Source: Octopus sinensis | Lineage: Eukaryota | Reading direction: 5' to 3' | Length of the DNA stretch: 64,000 bases | Assembly (NCBI RefSeq): GCF_006345805.1 | Contig: NC_043022.1 | Span: 24,242,001-24,306,000, forward strand | Shown: piece after piece, positions 11,970-25,604 of the stretch | How positions within the stretch are numbered: the stretch's first letter is position 1 | Layout: the number at the start of each line of letters is the position of its first letter | Notes under the pieces: model-generated | Database searches by the model: none | Seen by the model: the letters and a program-made list of their open reading frames with translations, nothing else | What the model was told of the DNA's origin: nothing | Made by a program: the position numbers and the translations under genes

Positions 11970-12684
11970 TTATATATATTTATATATATTTATATATATA
12001 TATATACACATACACACAGTTTATATGCTTGATAGGAGAGAAAGGGGGGATAGCATTTATATACAAATAGATACTGGACCTATATAGATAGTTGAGAGGG
12101 TGGGTAGGTTGGTGGGTGGATATGCAGGTATTTAAATAGGCATGTTCATAAATAGCTAGACAGGTAGGCAAATGTATGGGTAGATAGAATGGTAGGTAAG
12201 AGGTACGCGCTTGTAGGTGAGATGTGTGGGATGATAGATAGATGGATTACTTGATAGGCAGAGATCTTTTATCTTTTACTTGTTTCAGTCATTAGACTGT
12301 GGCCATGCTGGGGCAACACCTTGAGGAATTTTCAGTTAAATGAACTAACCCCAGCATTTTTTTCGTTTAGGCTGGAACTTATTTTATCAGTCCCTTTTGC
12401 TGAACTGCTTGGGCCAACCAAAGCCTTGTGAGTGAATTTGATAGACAGGAACTGAGAAAAGAAATCAGTGGTGGTGGTGGTGTGTGTGCGTGCGCGCATG
12501 CTTTTGCATCTGTGTTTACATGCAGGTGGCATGTAAAAAGCACCCACTACGCTTACGGAGTGGTTGGCGTTAGGAAGGGCATCCAGCTGTAGAAACACTG
12601 CCAGATCAGACTGGGCCTGGTGCTGCCTTCTGGCTTCTCAGACCCCAGCATGGAAAACGGACGTTAAACAATGAATAATAATAA

Positions 12685-12909
12685 TAATAATAATAATCCT
12701 TTTTATTATCGGCACAAGGCCTGGCGTTTTGGGAGAGGGGACTAGTTGATTACATTGACCCCCAAAATTTCACTAGTACTTAATTTATTGAACCCGAAAG
12801 GATGAAAGTAAAGTCGACTTTGGCAGAATTTGAACTCGGAATGTAACGATGGACAAAATGCAGCTACGCATCTTGCCTGGCATGCAAACGATTCTGCCAG
12901 CACGCTGCC

Positions 12910-12941
<32 letters not shown>

Positions 12942-13140
12942 CCTTTCTACTAAAGGCACAAGGCCTGAAATTTGATTACATCGACCCCAGTGTTTCAATG
13001 GTACTTAATTTATTGACTCCAAAAGGATGAAAGGCCAAGGTCAACCTTGGTGGAATTTGAACTCAGAACATAAAGATGGACAATATGCCACTTAGTATTT
13101 TGTCCTGCATGCCAATAATTCTGCTAGTTCACCAATTTAA
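12685..13140 (-). mobile_element. Two SINE B variant copies with (AAT/ATT)n tails
   Basis: Shared head and Meta-like domain; alternative 3' end ggccttgtgcc. Confidence 0.7.
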
Positions 13141-13284
13141 ATTGGATAATGGTGATGATAATAATAACAATAATAATCCTTTCAAAGTTTAGCACAAGGC
13201 CATTTGCAGTACTCGTTCTGTCTTATGCTTCACAGATTTTGTTTTAGAAGAGGACAGAATATGAAAACAGATGTGAAGAAGATG

Positions 13285-13702
13285 GGATTTTTTCGGTTTG
13301 AACGGCAGTTTTTAACATAATTTCTAGGTAACTAAAAAATTTTAAACTTTGTATACTGGTAGAATGTGTTTATAAAACATCTTTTTCTCTTGGCTTTATT
13401 GAAAAAATTCTATAGTTTGTAAGATATTTGTTGTTTTTTTTCTTCAATTTCTGCAATTTCAACCAATCAATGGCGTCCATTGAGGTAAAAAACATTCTGT
13501 GCCATATGAATATGTCCCTCGTTTAAGAAACAGATTGGGTTTATTTACATTTGTGAAGTAAAAAAGATACCCTTGCCCCCACCCCTAACCCTAACCCTAA
13601 AACAGATTGAAATGCAATAGATCGATTCTAAGGTCATAATTATGGGTGACAATTTCATATGACACTGTTAGAAAAAAACTGCCGCACAAACCGAAAAGAT
13701 CC
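13285..13702 (+). mobile_element. Merlin-like MITE copy 1 (subtype a)
   Basis: TIR GGAT(C)TTTTCGGTTTGAACGGCAGTTTT; 8-bp TSD agaagatg/aggagatg (7/8). Confidence 0.8.
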
Positions 13703-14559
13703 AGGAGATGGAAGGGAAGGAGGAGGAGATTCTGGATGGGGAGGCCTTCAAGCTATGACTATCCTGTCTTTCTGTATGTCAGGAATACTTGACAATTTTC
13801 TCCCCAACAAATCTTTTGTTTAAAAGTCATAGGGTATGACTTGAGAGACACTTGGCTGCTATTTCTAACACACTGTGTGCATTGTTACCACCAAAGAAAG
13901 CTTCCTAGAAGAATGAGTAAGCAGTTCCTGGATGGATGAGGCTATACAAGGAACTGAAGACAGTGTTGGTGTCACTAAGTACAGACCACCACCAACCCAA
14001 CTACCACCACCACCACCACTACTGTCATGTAGCTTCTTGGTGGGAGGAGGGGGGGAGGTTAAGGAGCTGTACTTATCAACACACCATCAGTGGTTCTTTG
14101 GGGGGCTTAGAGAGCATGTTATGGAAGCATGATGTCTGCATCCTCTCCATCCCTTTGTCACCTCTGTTTCTCTTGAACATTGCTTCCACAATCATCACAC
14201 CAGTGTTAATGGTGAGCTGGAGGCGCAGAAGAGGAAGAGGAGGAGGAAGATGATGATCAGGACAAAGGAGGCGGTGATGCTGGCGCTGGTGGCAGCAGAG
14301 CAGAGTATAGAGGGAGAGAGAGACAAGTCTTGATGTTACCAATTATCTTAGTACATCAGTTCAAGCTGAATAAACAATAAGCTGGCCAGGCCTAGAGGCA
14401 ACAACAACAACAACAACAACAACAGTGTGTGTTTATCTATCAAAGTTGTCATTGAACATTATTATGATTAACTATTATTATTATTATTATTATATAAACA
14501 GTATAGCACTAATTAGGTAGCTGCAAGGTAAATAGGATTTAAAAAAAGCCAGCCAGGTT

Positions 14560-14664
14560 GATTTACTGTCTATATATATATATGTGTGTGTGTGTGTATA
14601 TGTGTATGTATGCATGTATATGCATGTATGCATGTATATATATATATATATATATGTCTATATA

Positions 14665-14707
<43 letters not shown>

Positions 14708-14728
14708 ATGTATATATATATATATATA

Positions 14729-14785
<57 letters not shown>

Positions 14786-14892
14786 CTATATATATATATG
14801 TGTGTGTGTATATATATGTGTGTATATATATATGTGTGTATATATGTGTGTATATATATATATATGTGTGTATATATGTGTGTGTATATATA

Positions 14893-14924
<32 letters not shown>

Positions 14925-15020
14925 CACACATCCACACATGCATACACAAACATCTGTATGTGTGAAAGAGAGAGAGAGAGAGAGACAGAGAGAGTGTGTG
15001 TGTGTGTGCATTTGTGTGTG
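14560..15020. repeat. Compound TA/TG/GA microsatellite
   Basis: Direct reading. Confidence 0.9.
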
Positions 15021-15436
15021 AAGTAAATTTTATTACACAGCCAGGGATCCAATAGTTTGGCATTCAAAACAAGACATTAAAAAGAACCATGGTTTTAGTT
15101 TAACCACCTACACCACCATCACATTCTCCTTCAGTTTCTTTCTCCAAATATGATTTCTATGTAACCGCCCCCTGACCACCACCATCACCTGCTCATATTT
15201 TATGAAAGCTGTATCTATAATATTATAATATCCCTTTAATTTGATGTCCCCATGGCAAACAGAAATTATTATTATCATTTTTATTATTACTATCTATTAT
15301 CATGATCGTTATTATAATTTTCCCTCATCTTCTACATCTTCCACCCCCACCTCGAACATTCCTTTAAAGTATCTTTGTAAAGCTCTTTCACCCATCACTC
15401 TTGGGGCAATAAATTATTATTATTATTATTATTATT

Positions 15437-15670
15437 AAGGTGGCAAGCTGGCAGAATCGTTAGTGCGCCGGGCGAAATGCTTAGCGGTATTTCGTCTGCC
15501 GTTACGTTCTGAGTTCAAATTCCGCCGAGGTTAACTTTGCCTTTCATCCTTTCGGGGTCGATTAAATAAATACCAGTTTCGCACTGGGGCCGATGTAATC
15601 GACTTAATCCCTTTGTCTGTCCTTGTTTGTCCCTCTATGTTTAGCCCCCTGTGGGCAATAAAGAAATAAA

Positions 15671-15701
<31 letters not shown>

Positions 15702-16403
15702 TATTATTATTATTGAGTGAGAGAGCAGTTCATGCCATCAAAGTGACACTGGGGTAAAATATACGAAGCCCAATATACCCATCATGACTACCCGTCTGAT
15801 AAAGGTACACCAGGCACATGCATCACAACCATATGTGCGCGACATGGTGATCTCATATCAAGATAAATAGCACATGACCTTGCAGGTGGGGCCCAGTTAG
15901 AATTATTATTGTTATTATTATTATTATTATTATTATTAAGGCAGTGAGCTGGCACAGTTGTTAACACACTGGACAAAATGGTTATTGGTATTTTGCCCAT
16001 ATTTATGTTGTGAGTTCAAATTCTGCCGAAGTTGACTTTGCCTTTTGTTCTTTTGGGGATCAATAAAATAAGTACCAGTTGGACACTGGGCTTGACATAA
16101 TTGATTTAATCCTCCCCACGAAAAAACTGCTGGCCTTGTGCCAAAATTTGAAACTATTATTATCATTATTTATTTCTTTACTACCCACAAGGAGCTAAAC
16201 ACAGAGGGGACAAACAAGGACAGACAAACGGATTAAGTCAATTACATCGACCCCAGTGCGTAACTGGTACTTAATTTATTGAACCCGAAAGGATGAAAGG
16301 CAAAGTCGACCTCGGTGGAATTTGAACCCAGAACGTAACGGCAGATGAAATACGGCTACGCATTTCGCCTGGCAGGCTAACGTTCCTGCCAGCTTGCTGC
16401 CTT
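15437..16403. mobile_element. Cluster of three SINE B copies (15437-15670 +, 15937-16155 +, 16170-16403 -) around an unclassified retro-tail at 15715-15900
   Basis: Homology to family consensus. Confidence 0.75.
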
Positions 16404-16930
16404 CAATTATTATTATCATTATTATTAAGGTGGTAAGCAGGTAGAATCTTTACTATGCTGGGCAGAATGCTTTGCGGCATTTTGACCATTGAGAATAAGC
16501 TTTGCATCTTTCACTTTCTGTATCTCATCCAGCAGAATCTTCAGAAATATACTATGTGGGCATGTAGGTGATTGCATACATGCATGTGTGTATGTTTATG
16601 TTTGCCTGCAAGAGCATGTGTGTGTGTGCATATACCTGTAGTTCGCCTTACTGGCACCTGTGCCGGTGACATGTGTAAAAGATTCGAGCGAGGTCGTTGC
16701 CAGTACCGCCTGACTGGCCCCCGTGCCGGCAGCACGTAAAAAGCACCCACTACACTCTCGGAGTGGTTGGCGTTAGGAAGGGCATCCAGCTGCAGAAACT
16801 CTGCCAGATCAAGATTGAAGCCTGGTGCAGCCATCTGGTTCGCCAGCCCTCAGTCAAAATCGTCCAACCTATGCTCGCATGGAAAGCAGACGTTAAACGA
16901 TGATGATGATGATGATGACACACACATATA

Positions 16931-17145
16931 TATGAGGGGAGCTGAAAGGTTTCTGGCCTTAAGGGTATCATAAAAAGCCTGATTAGAGGCCCAACCTTCA
17001 AATTTCTTTTACAGGGTTTAGAAAAACTGAAGGACCATTGCAATGAATGAGTAAATATGTGAGGAGAATATTTTGAATAAAAATCATAATTAACTGATCC
17101 TCGTTTATTTTCTTTTACCCAAAGCCAGGAACTTTTCAGCCCTCT
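16931..17145 (+). mobile_element. mariner-derived MITE
   Basis: tatgaggggagctgaaaggtttctggc ... gccaggaacttttcagccc. Confidence 0.75.
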
Positions 17146-17762
17146 CTCTCTCCCCTTTCACACACACAAAGGGTTCCTACAGGAACTGTATCATTTATAT
17201 ATATAAGGTTAGGAGACTAATTCTACAGGAAGGAAGAGTCTACGCATGATATCACCAGGCTTATCTGGCAAGCAATTAATACATAATATAGAGCATCATC
17301 AGTGAAAACTTAGCACTGAAGCTAATTAAAACTAATTAGCAGTCAGAGATAATGTGGGTGTGTGGTGATTTAGCTCCTGAAATATAGACATAAACATGTG
17401 GCTTTATTTATTAACAGCAAGCTAATTAGGCTGAGATTGAATAACATGTCTACGGCGGTACAGAACCGTGTGATTATACAAAGTGCTGGAGAAGATGTGA
17501 CTATACAAGGTGGTGGCATTCGTGAGATGTGACTGTACAAGGTGGCAGGGTTCATGAAGCAGCTATGAGGTACTGGGGTAATGACTACATGTTGTTGTAT
17601 AGCTGGCTATAGGCAGGACCTTTGAAGAAAGGCATTCCAGCCACGACCATCCCGTCTTTTTATATATCTAGGACTAGTGAGTATTCCTGTTTTAAGATGG
17701 CAGGCTGTGATTTGTGAGAATTTGGTTGATATTTCTTGCAGGTCAGATGATTATGGAGAGGA

Positions 17763-17789
<27 letters not shown>

Positions 17790-17796
<7 letters not shown>

Positions 17797-17990
17797 GTTA
17801 ATCCAAACATCAAAACACAACAACATGAGGATGTGGAACAAGTATAGTATTATTGGACGCTCAGGAAAGAAGGAGGGTCTAACGTTTCGAGCGGAGTTCT
17901 TTGTCAGAAACATAGGAGAAGGAAAGATCCAAAGAAGGGAAGACGGAGGGAAAAAATCGACAACGGTACACACACGGTCACATTTTGAAT
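17790..17990 (-). mobile_element. Second copy of the Penelope-like fragment
   Basis: Reverse-strand homolog of 8913-9135: ctgacaaagaactccgctcgaaacgttagac. Confidence 0.5.
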
Positions 17991-18019
17991 GCTATATATA
18001 TATAAGTATATATATATAT

Positions 18020-18380
18020 TGGCTTCCGTGTCGGTGGCATGTAAAAAGCACCATCCAAATCGTGGCCGAAGCCAGTGCCGCCTCGACTGGCTTCCGTGTC
18101 GGTGGCATGTAAAAAGCACCATCCGGATCGTGGCCGAAGCCTGTGCCGCCTCGACTGGCTTCTGTGCAGGTGGTATGTAAAATGCACCAATCCGATCGTG
18201 GCCGATGCCAACCTCACCTGGCACCAGTGCAGGTGGCACGTAAAAAGCACCCACTACACTCACGGAGTGGTTGGCGTTAGATAAGACTGGAGCCTGGTGC
18301 AGCCTTCTGGCTTCCCAGATCCCCGGTCGAACTGTCCAACCCATGCTAGCATGGAGAACGGACGTTAAACGATGATGATA
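18020..18380 (+). mobile_element. Retro-repeat E with three 68-bp tandem 5' units
   Basis: Units start at 18021, 18089, 18157. Confidence 0.75.
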
Positions 18381-19149
18381 TATACACATACATACACACA
18401 CACACATGCATACATACAAACATACACACAACAGCGGGTGTATGGGAAGAATTTAGTAAAATAACTTTGTCTTCATGAATTTGGTATTTGGAAGAAAAAT
18501 TAACATGAAATGTAAATACAAAATTTTAATTTAGGTCACTTTCATAATCCTTTGGTACCAGGACACTTTGCAGGATTATAGGCTATCATTGAATTTTTTA
18601 TCCAACCAAGGACTATACTCAGAAACTGGAATGTGTCCTGTTCTCTGCATGATTCAAGAGTGTTAGATCAGACTGTTTGGTCATGTTGCTTGGTTTTTCA
18701 AGGTTGGATCCTATGTACTCTCTTCTCTCGTTTGAGGATCCTATGTACTCTGTTAGCTTGTGTGAGGATCCTGAGTACTGTACTCTCTTTCCTAAGAATC
18801 CAGTTGGAGTGACAACTTGTGTTGGTTGGCCACATGCCTCATGGTCAATGCAGAACTATCTTGCAGAGATGGAACCAACTGGGACACTGCTCAGAGGATT
18901 TCTCAAGATGACCTGAACCAATACCGACAAATGGGGATGCAATGATGCACTTGCAACGTTGCATGCCCCGAAAAGCTCACCTGACTTTGGTTAGATAAAA
19001 ACCCGGGGCAGTTTCAGATGGGTTGGTATTACAAGAGTGAAGAACCACCGCCTCAGATATGTTGTACTCTGAATATATAAAACAGGACAGTCACAGCTGG
19101 ACTAGCTTTGACTACAAGGCTGTATGCCTCCAAACCACCACCATCACTA

Positions 19150-19562
19150 CCACTCTTTTACTCTTTTACTTGTTTCAGTCATTTGACTGTGGCCATGCTG
19201 GAGCACCACCATTAGTCGAGCAAACTGACCCCAGGACTTATTCTTTGTAAGCCTAGTACTTATTCTATTGGTCTCTTTTGCCGAACTGCTAGCTTACGGA
19301 GACGTAAACATACCAGCATTGGTTGTCAAGCGATGTTGGCAGGTACAAACACAGACACACAATCATATACACACACACATACATATATATTATACATATA
19401 TACGACAGGCTTCTTTCAGTTTCCATCTACCAAATCCACTCACAAGGCTTTGGTTGGCCCGAGGCTATAGTAGAAGTCACTTACCCAAGGTGCCACGCAG
19501 TGGAACTGAACCCAGAATCACGTGGTTTGTAAGCAAGCTACTTACCACACAGCTACTCCTAT
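19150..19562 (-). mobile_element. SINE A
   Basis: Full-length homolog. Confidence 0.8.
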
Positions 19563-19984
19563 GCCCGACAACAGCAACCTTTATACTCTAACAGAAATGG
19601 CACAGGTTAGTGACCAGTCCTTGTGAGAGGATTGCAGAGCAAACAGATTGTCACATAATAGTTTAAAAGAAGACAAAAATAAAGAAGAAAAGTGCCAATG
19701 CAATGTTAAACCTGTAATACAAGCTTTCTAAGCAGAATATTGATACCTGTGTCAAGTGATACGCACACTAAACAATGAGACACCATATTGTACCAGCTCA
19801 CCTTTCGTATATGAATGCTAGGCCGCCACGCTCAAGTCATTAATGATGAAGCAAGACAATGATGTCACTATACAAATGGACAATGGCCAGCGCTGAGCTG
19901 AAATCGTTGCAACAAACCGCAACCAAAGGCGAGCTGATAGGTTTTAATATTGATTCATCGAAGTCGACACACTCGAGACTATTT

Positions 19985-20137
19985 TATTTATATAGATATA
20001 CACTTTGTGGATGTACTTATGTGTGTATATATTGATGTTTGTATATATATATATATATCGATGTTTACGCATGTGTGCATATACACATATATTGATATTT
20101 GTGCGTTGTTATATATATATTGATGTTTGTGTGTGTG

Positions 20138-20181
<44 letters not shown>

Positions 20182-20278
20182 GATGTCTGTGTATCTGTGT
20201 ATGAATACATATATATTTATTGATGTGTTTCTGTATCAGTGTGAGTATATACATATATATATATATATATATAATATA

Positions 20279-20319
<41 letters not shown>

Positions 20320-20615
20320 AATATATAATATATATATACAAATATATTATATATATATATATATACAAATATATAATATATATATATACACATATATATA
20401 TATATACAAATATATATATATATACACACATATATATATACACATATATATATACACACACACACATATATATATATATATAAAATTATGTTGAGTATCT
20501 GTGTATGAATACATATATATATTTGTATATATATATTTGTATATATTCATTCGTTAAATGATGAATGATATATACAAATATATATATACAAATATATATA
20601 TATATATATATACAA

Positions 20616-20648
<33 letters not shown>

Positions 20649-20870
20649 TATATACACACATACATATATACATATATATATACACATATATATATACACA
20701 CACACATATATATATATAAAATTATGTTTGAGTATCTGTGTATGAATACATATATATTTATTGATGTGTTTCTGTATCAGTGTGTGTGTGTGTGAGTGTA
20801 TGTATATATATAGCCTATATATATATATATATATATATATATAGCCTATATATATAGGCTATATATATAT
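19985..20870. repeat. TA/CA microsatellite with a triplicated spacer (gagtatctgtgtatgaatac)
   Basis: Spacer recurs near 20185, 20490 and 20725. Confidence 0.85.
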
Positions 20871-21195
20871 GTAATGAGCACCATAAAAAAAGAAGTGATG
20901 TTGATCTTTTAATAACAAGTACAACTGAGAGACATCCTGCTGGTGTGTGTGAGGGAGGGATGGAGGCGGGGGTAGCAGGATGAGATTACCACAATGGGCA
21001 GAGTAAGGAGAGGTGGTGGAAGTCTACATAACACTCAGGACAGGATAGGACAATGGTATAGATCTGCACTAAATTTCCACCGCTTATTGATCACATTTAA
21101 ATGCTTTGGAACACTTTAATAGACAAGTAATTTACAACACTTCTTTTTTTTCCTTTTTCTGTATTCTTTTTTTTTTATAATTTTTCTCTTTTGCA

Positions 21196-21231
<36 letters not shown>

Positions 21232-21799
21232 TCCTTATGTAAACATGTGATAATGATTTTAATGTTTCATGAAAGGAAATGAAAGAAAACAACAGGGGAG
21301 GGGGGGATAAAAATACAAAGAAAAAAACCGGATAAATAAAATAAAACTAAACAAGGGGGGGAAAAAAAGAAAAAATCCCCCCCCTCCAAAGATCTAAAGG
21401 GAAAAAAAAGGAAAAAAATCTCATTAGCTAACGAGTAATCAACTGAAAGAGTCATTAGAGAAAATGTGGAGGGGGAGAGAGAAAAATAGAAAGTGAGGGA
21501 GAGAGAGTGGGTTGTATGTGCGGAGGGTGTAGGGGTAACTGTAGGGGGTAGACGCAGAAGAGTATGTAAAATAGTATGATGATGATGATGGTTGGAGTTA
21601 GATAGAGTAAATGAACAAAAGAGTTAATTACTGGACGTGTGAACGCGTTTAAAGCAGGAACCATAAACAGAGCAGATTGGCGGTGATGGTTCTTCAGTCC
21701 CAAGTGGACCCTGATCAAGAAGATACACGGCCAAAGACGTTCCAGTTATGACCATCCAGTCTTAATTCTATATATGTCTGTCTTGGATTGCGTTATCTT

Positions 21800-22029
21800 T
21801 ACTCTCTACTCCTTACTCTTTTACTTGGTTCAGTCATTTGACTGTAGCCATACTGGAGCACCGCCTTTAATCGAGCAACTCGACCCCGGGACTTATTCTT
21901 TTGTAAGCCCAGTACTTATTCTATCAGTCTCTTTTTGCCGAACCGCTAAGTAATGGGGACATAAACACACCAACATCGGTTGTCAAGCAATGCTAGGGGG
22001 ACAAACACAGACACACAACACACACATAT

Positions 22030-22095
<66 letters not shown>

Positions 22096-22258
22096 TACGA
22101 CAGGCTTCTTTCAGTTTCCGTCTACCAAATCCACTCACAAGGCTTTGGTTGGCCCGAGGCTATAGTAGAAGACACTTGCTCAAGGTGCCACGCAGTGGGA
22201 CTGAACCTGGAACCATGTGGTTGGTAAACAAGCTACTTACCACGCAGCCACTCCTGGG
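21800..22258 (-). mobile_element. SINE A
   Basis: Full-length homolog, long internal (TA)n. Confidence 0.8.
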
Positions 22259-23529
22259 CCTATATGTTGCTAGTTTAAAATTTTCTTTTTAGATTTTAAA
22301 ACAGTAGGATATGAACTGAGAGATATCTAGCTGCTACATCTAGCAGATCAAGAAACCTTAAAGAGGCTGATTTTGTTGCTGTTTCAGTTGTTTGGTCCCA
22401 GCTGGATCCTGATCAAGCAGATACATGACCAAAGGATGTTCCAGCCATGACCATTTAGTCGAATTTCTACACATATGTCTGTCTAGGAATTCGTTATCTA
22501 GAATTATTTTAGTTTTAAATGGTAAGATATGAATTGAGATATATTTAGCTGCTACATCTAGCAGGTTAAGAAACCTTAAAGAGGCTGGTGCAGTGTTGTG
22601 TTTTCATTACTGCTGTTGTGGTTTAGCCCCAGGTCAGCACCGAAGGAGTAGACCTATCTACAATCTAAGATGGTAATTCCAGCTATGATCATCTAGTTTT
22701 TTGCTCATTGTGAATCCATCCACGACTGTGCCATCCAACATGTCCATCCCTAAGGGAAAGGTGTGATTTGAAGGTGTGACTTTAGGTAGATCTGACTGTC
22801 ATTTCTAACAGCTAGAGAGAGAGAGAGAGAAAAAGAAAGACCATATGCAGGTTCCCTTCACTCGTTCTAGACCAGCTAAATTGCTAAATTCCTCTCAGAA
22901 CACAGGATGACAATGTTATCTGTTCTCCCAGGCACAGAAAGAAGTGTATGTGTGTACATGTGTGTACATGTGTGTGTGTGTGCGTATGTGTGTTACTTAA
23001 GCTAACCAAGCAAGACGTGGGTGGTGTAGTTTATGAATCATGTGCTGTGTCCCTCATGAGACAAATGCTTCCTACAGCAGATAAAACATTTGCATGCTTA
23101 ATTAGAGCATTAAATTTGGAGATGTCCCTCAAGAATATTATTATCATTGTTATTATTATTATCATTATTATTATATTATTATTATTATTATTATTCGCTA
23201 AAGCTTGCCCACTTCACAACAGATGTATGGTGTGATTTCCATCAGGGAGTTGAGTATTTGTTATTTCAATCTTTGTTTATGATATACACATGTATACGGT
23301 TTTAATAGTGTTTTACACACACATAATACACATGTATGTGTTGTGTGTGTGTGTGTGTGTTGCATGTGTATGCATAGAAAGTGATAAAGAGAAGCAGAGA
23401 GAGAGAAAGAGAGATATGTAAAGTAAACTTATGAGTGTGTGGAGCGGTCGTTTAGTAGACGCTCATTTTAAGCTTCATCATGAGATGCAGATACTATGGT
23501 TACATATGATGATGATGATGATGATGATG

Positions 23530-23760
23530 ACAATAATAATCCTTTCTGCTATAGGCACAAGGCCTGAAATTTGGGGGAGGGGCATAGTCAGTTACATTGA
23601 CCCCAGTGCTCAACTGGTACTTATTTCATCAACCCCCAAAAGAATGAAAGGCAAAGTCAACCCTGGTGGCATTTGAACCCAGAACATGGAGACAGACAAA
23701 ATACTGCTAAGCATTTAGTCCAGCATGCTAACGATTCTACCAAACTTGCTGCCATATAAT
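23530..23760 (-). mobile_element. SINE B variant
   Basis: Homology to 12685-12910. Confidence 0.7.
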
Positions 23761-23779
23761 AAGGATAATAATAATAATC

Positions 23780-24240
23780 GTTACCAGCATCGCCTTACTC
23801 AAGTATGATCATTACAAGCGTCGCCTTACCGGCACTTATGCCTGTGCTAGTAGGGTGCCAAGAACACCATCCGAACATGATTGCTGTGATCGTTGCCAGA
23901 GCAGTCAACTGGCTTCCATACCCGTGGCACGTAAAAGGGCACCATTTGAGCGTGATCATTACCAACGTCGCTTCACTAGCACCTGTGTCGGTGGCACGTG
24001 TAAAAAGATTCGAGCGAGGTCATTGCAAGTACTGCCTGACTGGCCCCTGTGCAGGTGGCACGTAAAAAGCACCCACTACACTCTCGGAGTGGTTGGCGTT
24101 AGGAAGGGCATCCAGCTGTAGAAACTCTGCCAGATCAAGACTGGAGCCTGGTGCAGCCATCTGGCTTGCCAGTCCTCAGTCAAAACCGTCCAATCCATGC
24201 CAGCATGGAAAACGGACGTTAAACGATGATGATGATGATT
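23780..24240 (+). mobile_element. Retro-repeat E, long subfamily (minus-strand copies at 40980-41410 and 52900-53245)
   Basis: Diverged 5' units sharing gtggcacgt(gt)aaaa. Confidence 0.75.
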
Positions 24241-24283
24241 ATGAATAAAGTTCATCCATTGTTATCAACAATGACCAAGAACA

Positions 24284-24469
24284 TCACATGGGACAAGACG
24301 ATGGGTCACGGTGCATCCGGCTGTGGCTGATGAGGCCGATGCGTGCTCGGAAGGTTCTGCTGGAGGTCAGAGGATTGGTTGTCTGCCAGGAATGGTGGCA
24401 AGCAGGGGTCTCTGGACTTGCATAGCTCATGAATGTCTCAAAAGTAATGCTAAGGTGGACATAACACAA
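24284..24469 (-). mobile_element. RTE-clade LINE ORF C-terminal remnant
   Basis: SSRTFRARIGLISHSRMH resembles the RTE C-terminal C..TF.ARIGL.SH.R.H motif. Confidence 0.55.
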
Positions 24470-24664
24470 ATATATATCACCATCATCATTTTAATGTCCA
24501 TTTTCCATCCTTGCATTGGTTACAGAATTCATAGACTTACTTTCTATGGCTGGATGTCCTTCTTATCACCAACCTTCAATGGGGTCCAAGCAAAGTAATA
24601 TTCCCCTGGAGTCAGCCATGTTTCTTTCCACAGAAGGTGAGAAACGAATGACAATCATTTACGA

Positions 24665-25022
24665 CCATTCTTTTACTCTTTTACTTGTTTCAGTCATTTG
24701 ACTGTGGCCATGCTGGAGCACCACCTTTAGTCAAGGAATTCGACCCCAGGACTTATCCTTTGTAAGCCTGGTACTTATTCTATTGGTCTCTTTTGCCGAA
24801 CCGCTAAGTTACGAGGACGTAAACACACCAGCATTGGTTGTCAAGTAATGCTTGGGGGACAAACACAGACACACAAACACACACATATATATATATACAT
24901 ATATGACGGGCTTCTTTTAGTTTCCGTCTACCAAATCCACTCACAAGGCTTTGGTCGGCCCGAGGCTATAGTAGAAGACACTTGCTCAAGGTACCATGCA
25001 GTGGGACTGAACCCGGAACCAT
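24665..25022 (-). mobile_element. SINE A (head truncated)
   Basis: Homology to family consensus. Confidence 0.75.
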
Positions 25023-25362
25023 TGCAAAACATCAAGAGCAGAGGCCCATAGCTTGGTGGTTAGGGTATTGAACTCAGGGTTGTAAGATTGTAGTTTTGAT
25101 TCCTGGAAAGGGCAATGCATTGTGCTCTTGAGCAAAACACTTTGTTCCATGTTGCTTCAGTCCACGCAGCTACTAAAAATGAGTAATCTTGCTATGGATT
25201 GGCTTCCTATCCAGGGGATTAATATATACACCACACAGAAAGGAAACTGGCCCTAGGGAGTCAATATGAGTCAGGAAGAATTTTGATCCTCTTCATCTTT
25301 TACATTATATAGATAAGGAGACACACACACACTTTTATATAAATAAATGTATCTGTATACAC

Positions 25363-25560
25363 AGTTATAAGAACAGGGTCATCAGCATAGAGGAGCTCCC
25401 ATGGGTAGCTAATTTTAGATTCCTCTGTTAGGGACCCTGGAGGACTATGATTAATAAGAAGGGGCTGAGAGAAAATTTTTCTGTGATATTTGATTAAATC
25501 CATTTACAATCAGACTTTCAATCCTGCTTGGGTCACACTTTGCCTTTTAGTCTTCTGGGA
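25363..25560 (-). mobile_element. RTE-type reverse transcriptase fragment
   Basis: LTEESKISYPWELLYADDPVLI contains the YADD catalytic motif in RTE-like context. Confidence 0.7.
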
Positions 25561-25604
25561 GATTGCTAAAAAATAAATGCTTGAAATCAATATTATTAAC
25601 TAAA

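Noticed and set aside
13932-14365. GC-richer segment with acceptor-like site at 14366 and short ORFs in several frames
   Set aside because: All frames stop early (phase 0 gives LELMY*). It might be an alternative terminal exon or UTR but cannot be supported.
23780-24075. Repeat-spacer-like pattern (gtggcacgtaaaa every ~65 bp) resembling a CRISPR array
   Set aside because: The spacers are homologous to each other and recur at other loci, there are no cas genes, and the context is a eukaryotic retro-repeat.
24345-24365. CTGATGAG hammerhead-like box
   Set aside because: No matching GAAA box or stems; it lies in the antisense of the RTE ORF remnant.
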